DNA of 63,805 bases, filler included, from Salisapilia sapeloensis CBS 127946 (lineage: Eukaryota; Protista; Oomycota): assembly GCA_023334545.1 (NCBI GenBank). It is 4 parts of 4 records of this genome, joined end to end, with 100 filler letters (N's around TTAATTAATTAA, not from the genome) between each part and the next. Parts side by side here need not be neighbours in the genome. Positions count along the whole stretch, not along the records: positions 13,981 to 43,490 come from JAADVB010000227.1; 3 more parts are not named here. The stretch is one strand, 5' to 3'. The notes below the pieces were generated by a model, which saw only the letters and a list, made by a program, of their open reading frames with translations, did no database searches and was not told the origin of the DNA. Below are positions 22,025 to 30,963 of this stretch, piece after piece (the first letter of the stretch is position 1; each line of letters begins with the position of its first letter). The position numbers and the translations under genes are program-made.

Positions 22025-25000
22025 CTACTCGTATGTTCCTATAGACTTTGGAGCTACCTTCCACACTAGCAAACTCTGGTCTCGTCCTCCGACGCTCACA
22101 ATATATTCATCGTCGCATGTGAATGAGACGTTTGTGACGCTCGCCCCATGACCACTGAGTATTATTGCTTGCTCACCTCTGGTGACACATGGGGACGGCA
22201 GTAAGCGTATCTCGCCGTCGTTGTTAGCTGCCGCTAGCCACGGACTCTTGTGCGCTCTGGCCACGGCGTCAAATGTCAATTGAGGGTACGCTGGATCCCA
22301 TAAGCCCTGCGTCTCCCATGTCAGCACGCAACTAGCGTTTGCCCACTGGACGTCTCGCATGGTCGAAACGCTCGTGACCTGGCTTCCATCCAATGTACTT
22401 ACATATATTAACTCCATCGCGTCCGTATCAAACCGAACGACTGAGCTGTCGGAGGAAAAGTCCAGGTGCATGACTCGACCCGTGGCTCTCGTGAACTTAA
22501 AGCGAAGCGCAAAGCCGTCCAGTGTCGAGTATATATACACAGCGTGATCGTTGCCACCCATCGCGATCATCGTGCCATCGGGTGAAAACACCATATCATT
22601 GATACTTTGTCGCGAGTCACGACCTTCGTGCAGAATTTCGAGTGAGATGGCATCGAGGACTACGAATGCACCATTCTTCTTGCCATTCATATCGCCTCCG
22701 CCTTCACTCGCACTGGTTTCTCCGGTCGTAGCTTCGCCATATCCCACCGCTAGCCAGACACCGTCACCAGAATATGCAGCCGCTCTTAACGGAGCATCCA
22801 ATGTCGCTTTACTTCGAGCTTCCTTCTTTATCAGATCCCAAACACGTACAGTTTGGTCTTCTCCAACCGTTGCAACCAAGTTTGGATCAGTTGGATGGAC
22901 TGATAATCCAGACAGATACCCGAGACCTGCATGACTTTCTAGCACCAACGCTGTATCGCTCGTAATTTGGGATAGCTCGAGCAGCTCTCCTGTCTTTGTG
23001 CCTACAAGTATGCGGTTGGTTGGTGTGTCCCAGTAGACGCTCTTAATGATTGGACTGAGAGGAGTTGGTCGAGCATTTGATATGTCAAATTCTGCTAAAG
23101 GTGTGATGTCAGTAGTCCAAAGACGAACTCTGCCATCAAAGCCGCCAGTTACCATTCCAGTTGACGAAGTATGCACAGCATAGATTGGGCCATTGTGAGC
23201 TGGTACGACTTTACTCACCACCGCTGCGTTCCAGACATAAAGCTGCCCGTTGGAGCCACCTGTAATCGCGGAAGATCCCATCGATCCACCACAGAGCTGA
23301 GGTATGGACCGACCATCCGAACGAGCGCTGTGTTCTCCACGTGTTACTATTAGCTGTGGTGCATCGATCTTCCAGAATAAAACGTCGCCTTGACCGCCCG
23401 ACACCAAGTGGTAACTTGTCTTGGAAGTGTCCTCCACGAAGGTAGCGAAGAATACTCGTTCTCTTCCACACTTTGCAGCGCAAAGCAGAGTAGCATCAGA
23501 CCACAGACCACTGGTAGATGTGTACACTGTAATTGAATGGTGTTCATCCTGCCCGACAGCGGCCAAAAGCTTCCTGGAAGGATTAAAAGCAATGTAGCTA
23601 ATTGCTTTGCGATGAAAAGGACCAAGCTCTGTGACTTTTTTGCATGCAGAAGGTTCCCAGATATGTATGACGGGGTTTTCTCGCTGTGAGTCATGATTGA
23701 CCATTTCTCCTGTAGCAGCTAAAGACCCGTCCCCACTTTGAGCTAGACATACAATCGGTCGTGAATGCTGCGTGTACAGTGTTTGCTGGCCGAGCCTTCG
23801 ATCGTAACAAACTGCAACGCATCCTGCTGGAAACAAGATATGCCCGGATCGACAGTAAGATGCATTGTTTCTCGCATCATATGCACGAAATCCAAAGATA
23901 TGCTCCAGTTCGAACGTGTAATTAAACAAAGTTGTTTTCGACTCAGCCGCTGCAGTGCTTTCGCTGGCATCGGATGGAGCGATGATTGCACTCATATAAG
24001 GTTTTACAACCTCGCCTGCACCAAACGATAGCAGCATGCCACAATTCTCAGGGATAAATTGTCCCTCGAGCTGAAGCTCTGGCTCGATTTCCATCTCCTT
24101 TGTCCCTTCTTGCACTATAGCAGGAACTCTGGATACATCTTCACTCTCACTTACTCCTGTAATTTTCTTCACTCTCCATTGCAGTACGCAGCGGTCGAGT
24201 GCTCCAGCCGTCATGCAGTGGGACCTTGAAGGTGAAAACGCAAGCCGTGAGACCTCGCCAGAATGGCCAGCGTAAGATCGCCAACCAGCTCCATCGATAA
24301 AGCATGGAAACTTGAACAAGCGTAATGAACCATGCGTCATCCCCGCGATAAGAAGCTCTTCCTCGCCAGTATCAGCATGGTCTTTAGAGCTAAGACTTGA
24401 ACTAGCAGATGCAAATGGAGCGACAACATGCTGCGCCTGGGTTGCAGCAGTTGAAGCTGGCCACATACCTCGATTTGACCAGTTGTAAAGAGTCGTGCAA
24501 GTATCCCATGTTAAATCACGCAGCGCAGTAGCGCTTGCCACATGTGATCCTGTGGTAATGTCAGCAAAGAGCAGTTCGAATGCTCCACAGGAGCTTCGTA
24601 GATACTGCGAGTCGCTCGATATGTCAATATTTGTGATAAAGCTCTTGTGCTTGGAGAAAACGGCGCGCTTAGAAAAGTTGTTTGGTACGTCGTAGATGTA
24701 AACATTATTGTCGAGTGCGCCAACAACGAGCGATTGGCCATCCGGAGAGAAAACCGTGACACTGATGGGCATCTTGCAATCCCGTGTCTCAAAGACTAGA
24801 TCCACACTCATGCCGTGATCTTCAAAGACAAGTAGGCCCCCATCTTTCTTGTGGCGCTTACCTTCCAAGCTTCCGCCTAACCCAACCGCGATGAACTCTC
24901 CTTCAGGCGCATACGCACAAGCCCGACTTGATGTGTCTATTGCCTGCTCGATTACTAGAACGTGCCGCATGGAATCCCAAACGCGTAGAACCCCGTCATC

Positions 25001-28000
25001 TCCTGTTGTGCACATACGATTTTTCGTCGCGCATACGCTCATCCCGAGAAGGCTACCTTTAAAATGATGAGATAGATTGGAAATGTCCACTCCATCCGGA
25101 GTACGTGGCAAGATTCTTGTGCCATCTACTGCGGACAGTTGATGCAGACCACAATCCCGTGTACCGACGAGAAGGATGCCACGATCATCGTCCCAAAACA
25201 CACTTCTAATGGCATACTTCATGACATTAAATTCAGTAAACTCTGCCAGACACTCGAGCTCGTTATTCCACAATTTTACAACTCCATCTTTACCTCCACT
25301 TGCAAGCTGAACAGCCCCAGCTTTTGTTTTGCAGCAATGAAGTGCAGCTACGCATCTAGTGTGTGCACTTACGACACTCATGAGTTCCGGACCTTTGAAT
25401 CGGAACAATTCTCCACTTGTTGTACCAACTATCGCGTCTCCAGCATTACCAAACTCGACCACGCTTAAAAAGGTTTGCTTCATGCCTCGTTTGCCGAATA
25501 CCCCTTCCTTTTTTACCAGGTTACCATTGCCGAGTCTCCATAGTGTAATTGCGTTGACACCGACGGTCATCAAATTCGTGTAGCTAGGTGCGGCTTGGGC
25601 GTCTCCATCTCGCGGTGTAATTGAGACATCAGGCAAAAAGGTCAATCCACAAATCCGACCGACTTGACTAGCTGAAGCTTGGGCAAGAAGTGTCTTGTTG
25701 CGCCAGTCGTATATGGCTAATGTACATGTAGCATCTAAGTCAACACTCGCCAACAAGACTCCAGATGAATTAAAGCGTAGCTCAGAGACACCGCATCGAT
25801 GTACACCACGAAGAGAAGCTAGCAATTCTAACGTATCAATCCTCCATACGTGAATCGCTGGGTATTTCCCACTTTCTCCAGATGCAGCAATTTCACCAGA
25901 AACACGCTCAGCCGATGACTTGGATGTTGGCGGTCTATCGCCCGTCATTGGTCGAGCCGATCTCGACATTTGGCTTCCGCAGTGGATAGCAAGAGAGAGC
26001 ACAGCCCCTGTATGCTGCTTGAAATGGCGCTGAGTCCACAGCTTTGGGTCTAGCACAACGACAATATTAGCAGCAGGATAAACCCAAAGACCTTTTGCTT
26101 TAGTGATGAAAGCGTTATTGCGAGCGTCTTCGCTTCGATAGCCGTATACCCATTCTAATTCCAAATCTGTCGACGGAAGAGCAGCCAACTGAATCTCCTC
26201 TTCTCTTGGAGCATCTTTGGGGGGAACTGCGCTGGAAACCCATGGCTTAACAGGAGCTACCTTGACTTCCTTTTCAGCAGCATCTACCGCTTGTTTCTCT
26301 TTGTACTGGTGTAGCAGCTCAATGCCAAAGTCACCAGCCCTCACTGCTTCATGATCTACATCTGGCTCCTTAATATCGTCTCGAAGTTCCAATTCATCGT
26401 CCGATGTAGGATTGTATTCGTACTCATCAGCGTGATGGACGTCATTACTAGTGTCGTCGTACTCGACTCGCCACTGGAAGATGCAGCGATCCTTCTGAGA
26501 GCAGGAAATGACAAACTTATTCTCAGCGGTAAAGAGAACGTTAGAGATGCTTGTAGCTGACGCTTTAAATAGCTGACCTTGGCAATCGCCAGATGCACAA
26601 GGGTATCGATATAGACGTAGAATCCCATCTGTGTCTCCAGTAACTAGCAAGGGCTCTATCACGCCACCTTGTCCAATGTATGATCGGGCAGCTGAACTAA
26701 CCTCATAGCAGCTTTTAGTCGTCTGAGGCCATGCACCTTGCATCGGCCATCCGTATATGCATGTCCACGTATGCCAATCAATGTCTTTGAGTGTCGCTAT
26801 ACGAGTGATTTCGACTCCTGATGCCACTTCGAAGAAAGCCATTTCACCCTTGTTCACTGCATTAGCCATGATGTACTCTTCGGAAGACGCAAAGTCCAGA
26901 TGACTAAGGACCAAGCTAGTATCACGGGTTTTACATTTGCCTTTGGAAGCCCAATCCTCTGCATTGTACAGATAGATATTGCAGTCACTCGAGCCCACGG
27001 CCAGTGTCTGACCGGTCGACGAAAACTTCACATTTCGAATTGCACGCTTAGCGTCCTTTGCTTCGTACTGAACTGCCAGTGAACTCTCCTTTAAAATAAC
27101 GAAAGCACCTTGTCGATCGGGATTGACCAGCGGCATATCGTAAAATCGAGGTAATAGGGCTTCATCATCAGTATCCGCTCCTTGGCCAACAACTAGACTC
27201 GTGCCATCAGGAGAATAGCCACAGCTCCGTAGCGGTGACTCCAGTGTTGCTATTCTAATTAAACGATGATTCTCGATATCCCACACACGCACCGTCCGAT
27301 CATCGCCGACTGTCGTAACCAGTTGCTTCATCGGATGAGTGGCCATGCCATGGAGTTCATACGCATAGTGGTTGTTTATGATTGCCCCTCGATGTAAATT
27401 GGATCCATCGTTGGCCGATATCTCGTATACTTCCGCACCAGAAGTACTTACGATGAGCTTTGCTCCTCCATCAGGTGAAGCAGCTAAGCTGTGTATGCGT
27501 GAAGAAATACTACCCAAGGCATCAATGTCAAAGGTCGGACCAGGCTCTAGCCGTTTGCTCCACATTCTGACTTTGCCATCTTTCCCACCGCTAATCAAAC
27601 CACCAGAGTACGTATGCAAGACGTTGACAGCAGATCCATGAGCTTTGATTGCTTTGACGCAATTTCGTCCTTCAAAGACAAGGATATGTCCTTGAGACGC
27701 TCCAGCTAGTATCATGTCCACACACCCAGTGTTCTTTTGCTGTGCTGGAGATAGTTGAAGCACTGCTACGCACAGTAAAGCTTGCATCTTTGCAGTGGCA
27801 CCAAGAATGCCTGGTCGTTTGAGATAAGATATGTTGCCTGGAGCTTGCCGGTCGGCAGTTTCTTGATGCCAAAAGAAAATGTGACGTTGACCACACGTGA
27901 CGAAATCGAGTCCAGACGTAGTTGTTATACACCCGAGTATCTGCTCTCGACCACATCGGTCAGCAAAAATTATCGAGGGACTTTGTGGCCAGTCAACGCG

Positions 28001-29320
28001 ATTATCTGTCGATTTGTTGGCAGCAAATGGCCACTGGTAGACAGCCACGGTGTGGAAGGTATCTTCGCCAATTGATACTAATGTCCGTCCGTCGGACATC
28101 CACTTTAAGTCTGTGATTCCCATCGTATGGAAACCTTGAATGACACTAAGTGGACGAACGAGTTGTTGCGAGTTCCATATCACAATTTTCGACCGGAGCT
28201 GCCGACCTTCGCCAGAAGCTACTATACGTCCGTTCGTGGGATTGATTGCCAAGCATTGCACGGGGCCAGAGTGGAAAGTCGCAAAGCGTTGTTTGTGTTG
28301 AATGACATCGTACATGATCACGACAGCTCCTGCTGGGTAGACTATTTCGCCGACAGAAAGATACCGCATCGACTGGCGTAGATCACTATTAAACCCATAG
28401 ATCCAGTCAAGGCTCAAGCTAGCATTTGGTAAAGTCGGATCAAGTGGTGGTGGGGCACTTGGCTCCGCGTTCTGTACGACCATCTGCCATGGCTGTACAG
28501 GCAATGGTTTGTCTTCCGCAAATATTGGAGCTTTGGGATCCAGTGGAAAGCTGACAGTGTTGGTAGACGTACTCGAAGATGTCGCCGTATATGTCGTGGC
28601 TAATGGAAGAGTGGCGCTGTCACTGACTTCTTGGTCTACTGTGAATCGATTTTGATTCGTAAAGTCTGTACCATTGTCAAAGTAGTCGACCCATGTCATG
28701 ACTTCTGGCATTGTATTAGCAAATTTGAGAAACTCAAACAACGTGAGCGTGTCTTCCGATGAGGTCTTTTGAGATTGATGGAAAGCGTGGATCGCAATGT
28801 CTTCTAAAGTCATTTCGGACGGGCATGCAATGTCGAGTGAAAGCTTGCATAAACCAGTTAGAGTGGATCGCATTGCCAGTGTCAGTTCATCGACAGACAC
28901 TTCTCCAGCCTCATTAAAGTCGTAGCAGTTGTAGATGAAAGTGAGCTTTCGATCAATTGGCATTGCTGATATCATTGCGATTGTACCGAGGAATTCGAGA
29001 GCATCTACTAGCCCATTGTCGTCCGTGTCAAGAGCTTGGAAAAGTGCCGCTGACAGCTGATCCATATCTAACCGGATCGTGATTTGCATGGAAGATTGCA
29101 GTGCTCGACAAATCTCAACCAGTTCGTCCTGGTTTAGACCAAAGCCTTCCGCGACGTCATTAAATCCCTCCCAGAGCTTATTGATATCTTTTTCCGATGC
29201 TGCATTAACAACCCATTGTTCAGTTACATTGTCAAGTCGATATTGCATAGATGATTGCCTACCATTAAGAAAAGGTTTTGCAGCTTGGACGAAGCAAGCC
29301 TTGCCGTGTAGTTGACCCAT
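22025..29320 (-). CDS. EF-hand plus triple HELP/WD40 (TAPE) EML5/6-like protein
   Basis: First ATG is 29320 (the ORF-track start at 29332 is TTG). EF loops DTDDNGLVDALE and DFNEAGEVSVDE. Three KPW/QPW/KPY...L(D/E)(W/H)(I/V)(Y/F)G HELP motifs, each followed by WD40 arrays. Confidence 0.88.
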   Translation of the reverse strand: MGQLHGKACFVQAAKPFLNGRQSSMQYRLDNVTEQWVVNAASEKDINKLWEGFNDVAEGFGLNQDELVEICRALQSSMQITIRLDMDQLSAALFQALDTDDNGLVDALEFLGTIAMISAMPIDRKLTFIYNCYDFNEAGEVSVDELTLAMRSTLTGLCKLSLDIACPSEMTLEDIAIHAFHQSQKTSSEDTLTLFEFLKFANTMPEVMTWVDYFDNGTDFTNQNRFTVDQEVSDSATLPLATTYTATSSSTSTNTVSFPLDPKAPIFAEDKPLPVQPWQMVVQNAEPSAPPPLDPTLPNASLSLDWIYGFNSDLRQSMRYLSVGEIVYPAGAVVIMYDVIQHKQRFATFHSGPVQCLAINPTNGRIVASGEGRQLRSKIVIWNSQQLVRPLSVIQGFHTMGITDLKWMSDGRTLVSIGEDTFHTVAVYQWPFAANKSTDNRVDWPQSPSIIFADRCGREQILGCITTTSGLDFVTCGQRHIFFWHQETADRQAPGNISYLKRPGILGATAKMQALLCVAVLQLSPAQQKNTGCVDMILAGASQGHILVFEGRNCVKAIKAHGSAVNVLHTYSGGLISGGKDGKVRMWSKRLEPGPTFDIDALGSISSRIHSLAASPDGGAKLIVSTSGAEVYEISANDGSNLHRGAIINNHYAYELHGMATHPMKQLVTTVGDDRTVRVWDIENHRLIRIATLESPLRSCGYSPDGTSLVVGQGADTDDEALLPRFYDMPLVNPDRQGAFVILKESSLAVQYEAKDAKRAIRNVKFSSTGQTLAVGSSDCNIYLYNAEDWASKGKCKTRDTSLVLSHLDFASSEEYIMANAVNKGEMAFFEVASGVEITRIATLKDIDWHTWTCIYGWPMQGAWPQTTKSCYEVSSAARSYIGQGGVIEPLLVTGDTDGILRLYRYPCASGDCQGQLFKASATSISNVLFTAENKFVISCSQKDRCIFQWRVEYDDTSNDVHHADEYEYNPTSDDELELRDDIKEPDVDHEAVRAGDFGIELLHQYKEKQAVDAAEKEVKVAPVKPWVSSAVPPKDAPREEEIQLAALPSTDLELEWVYGYRSEDARNNAFITKAKGLWVYPAANIVVVLDPKLWTQRHFKQHTGAVLSLAIHCGSQMSRSARPMTGDRPPTSKSSAERVSGEIAASGESGKYPAIHVWRIDTLELLASLRGVHRCGVSELRFNSSGVLLASVDLDATCTLAIYDWRNKTLLAQASASQVGRICGLTFLPDVSITPRDGDAQAAPSYTNLMTVGVNAITLWRLGNGNLVKKEGVFGKRGMKQTFLSVVEFGNAGDAIVGTTSGELFRFKGPELMSVVSAHTRCVAALHCCKTKAGAVQLASGGKDGVVKLWNNELECLAEFTEFNVMKYAIRSVFWDDDRGILLVGTRDCGLHQLSAVDGTRILPRTPDGVDISNLSHHFKGSLLGMSVCATKNRMCTTGDDGVLRVWDSMRHVLVIEQAIDTSSRACAYAPEGEFIAVGLGGSLEGKRHKKDGGLLVFEDHGMSVDLVFETRDCKMPISVTVFSPDGQSLVVGALDNNVYIYDVPNNFSKRAVFSKHKSFITNIDISSDSQYLRSSCGAFELLFADITTGSHVASATALRDLTWDTCTTLYNWSNRGMWPASTAATQAQHVVAPFASASSSLSSKDHADTGEEELLIAGMTHGSLRLFKFPCFIDGAGWRSYAGHSGEVSRLAFSPSRSHCMTAGALDRCVLQWRVKKITGVSESEDVSRVPAIVQEGTKEMEIEPELQLEGQFIPENCGMLLSFGAGEVVKPYMSAIIAPSDASESTAAAESKTTLFNYTFELEHIFGFRAYDARNNASYCRSGHILFPAGCVAVCYDRRLGQQTLYTQHSRPIVCLAQSGDGSLAATGEMVNHDSQRENPVIHIWEPSACKKVTELGPFHRKAISYIAFNPSRKLLAAVGQDEHHSITVYTSTSGLWSDATLLCAAKCGRERVFFATFVEDTSKTSYHLVSGGQGDVLFWKIDAPQLIVTRGEHSARSDGRSIPQLCGGSMGSSAITGGSNGQLYVWNAAVVSKVVPAHNGPIYAVHTSSTGMVTGGFDGRVRLWTTDITPLAEFDISNARPTPLSPIIKSVYWDTPTNRILVGTKTGELLELSQITSDTALVLESHAGLGYLSGLSVHPTDPNLVATVGEDQTVRVWDLIKKEARSKATLDAPLRAAAYSGDGVWLAVGYGEATTGETSASEGGGDMNGKKNGAFVVLDAISLEILHEGRDSRQSINDMVFSPDGTMIAMGGNDHAVYIYSTLDGFALRFKFTRATGRVMHLDFSSDSSVVRFDTDAMELIYVSTLDGSQVTSVSTMRDVQWANASCVLTWETQGLWDPAYPQLTFDAVARAHKSPWLAAANNDGEIRLLPSPCVTRGEQAIILSGHGASVTNVSFTCDDEYIVSVGGRDQSLLVWKVAPKSIGTYE

Positions 29321-29595
29321 GATGTTATCCAAGTCCTGCTGGTGCCTATAGCCGAGTGGTCACTTCGGCGTGACCGTTCAAAAGATCTCCGCGGTCGAAC
29401 GAAAGATCAGGATACGTAAAACCGTTTCAAGTGCGTGGTAAGCAGTATCAGAAGGTATTGAAGTAAGAAGATAAATAAAGCTTATGGTGAAGTATGTAGA
29501 TGTGAAATTTCGTGGTTTATCTACATCAGCCAGCGTGTGGATACGTTGGCTCTTGGTAACCAGCGGAATAGCCTAATTTAGGAGAAGGAAAAAGC

Positions 29596-30168
29596 TTACT
29601 GGATGAACTTCTTGAATGCCTCAGACTCGGCAAGTTCCGAGTTGTTGGAAATTGCGTTCAAGATCTTGGCGAACTGGGCCTCCCGATCCTTCATCAACTT
29701 GTCGTTGTGCTTTTGCATGACGGTGCCGAATCCAGAGCGAGGAAGAGGAGGAAGAGTGGACGTGTTCTTGAGGTCAGCGTACAGCTTCTTAAAGTCAGAG
29801 AATCGCTTCTCAGTTTTGACACTTTCGTCCGTCGACTCAATCTTGTAAAAAACGACTCCACCATCACCAACGTGTGCGCCGCTCACATTGTAGTTTGCGC
29901 TTTCCGTTGCAGCTTCAGGAGTTTCCTCCTCAGGCTGCTCTGAAGCTGAAGCGTCAGCTTCTGGCTCGTGGACACTCTTGGGCTCTTCCTCAGTCGTTTC
30001 CGTCTCCGGTTCCGCAGTTTCAGCAACCTCTTGCTGAGGCTCTTCCTCCGCTTCGACCTTGGCCTCTTCGGCTTGGCTCTTTGGCTGCTCCTGGTGCTCC
30101 TCTACTTGGTTGGAAGCCGGAGCGACGTCTTCATGCTCTTGGACAGGGGTAGATTGCTTGCAGCCCAT
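29596..30168 (-). CDS. Small PX-domain protein with MGCKQS N-terminus and acidic linker
   Basis: C-terminal PX signature VFYKI...KRFSDF..LY..L...LPPLP...R..F..IL; Glu/Ala/Pro-rich linker. An in-frame upstream ATG exists at 30270. Confidence 0.8.
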   Translation of the reverse strand: MGCKQSTPVQEHEDVAPASNQVEEHQEQPKSQAEEAKVEAEEEPQQEVAETAEPETETTEEEPKSVHEPEADASASEQPEEETPEAATESANYNVSGAHVGDGGVVFYKIESTDESVKTEKRFSDFKKLYADLKNTSTLPPLPRSGFGTVMQKHNDKLMKDREAQFAKILNAISNNSELAESEAFKKFIQ

Positions 30169-30208
30169 TGTTGGAGATGTGGTTGTTGGCGAGTCGGTCA
30201 ATTCGATT

Positions 30209-30225
30209 GTGAAGTAGAGAATGAA
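30209..30225 (-). promoter_or_regulatory. Inr+FPR-like core promoter of the PX gene (TTCATTCTCTACTTCAC)
   Basis: Good match to the oomycete Inr/FPR; lies between ATG 30270 and ATG 30168. Confidence 0.55.
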
Positions 30226-30963
30226 GGGAGAAGAGGACGGCAGAGACAGTCGGGTGTCAATCGTTAGCATCACCGTAGAAACTTAGCACGTTTTGCTCTT
30301 TTCGCAGAGAGAGGTAATTGAAATGCATGTAACGGTATCGCATGTGCAGTCCGCCCAGTAAATGCGGATGCATGGAGGGGTTCAATGGATAGATCGGGAT
30401 CTGAATTGGCATGAATGTATCCATGTGGTCTCGAGTTTACATGATACGGTCACCTGGCCATGGCAGAAGACTCCAAAAGTGTATGCCCAGTCCATCGACT
30501 GAACCGCCGCGGTTCTCTTCCGCGTTGCTGGCCAGATGTCAATAAAATGGAGGCGGCTAGTCTCAACTAGCACTGCTTATGTCATTCCCGCGACATGAGT
30601 CTCTGCCATTGGGGTTGATAGGTGACAAATGACCAGGACCAGCCATTAGCCCGATGCGATAGACGTTCACGTCGAGAGATCGCCCGATGGGAAGCTTCAG
30701 TATTGCAAGTGTATGTTGCACACTGTGGTACCTGATCGTTTGAATGCAACTACAGGGTTGTCGCATCGAAGGTAAAAGGTGCATGTTTGTACCAATGCGA
30801 CGCGGTACATGCTCTTTGTATCCATCCAACGATGAAACGTCATTCGGACGTGATGTACTCTGCCACTCCATACACAATGGATACATCAAGAGTATCTCTA
30901 TAGCTCATCTCTAGATAGAAACGTCGATGACCAACTTGGAAATGAAAACAAAACCTGTTCAAC

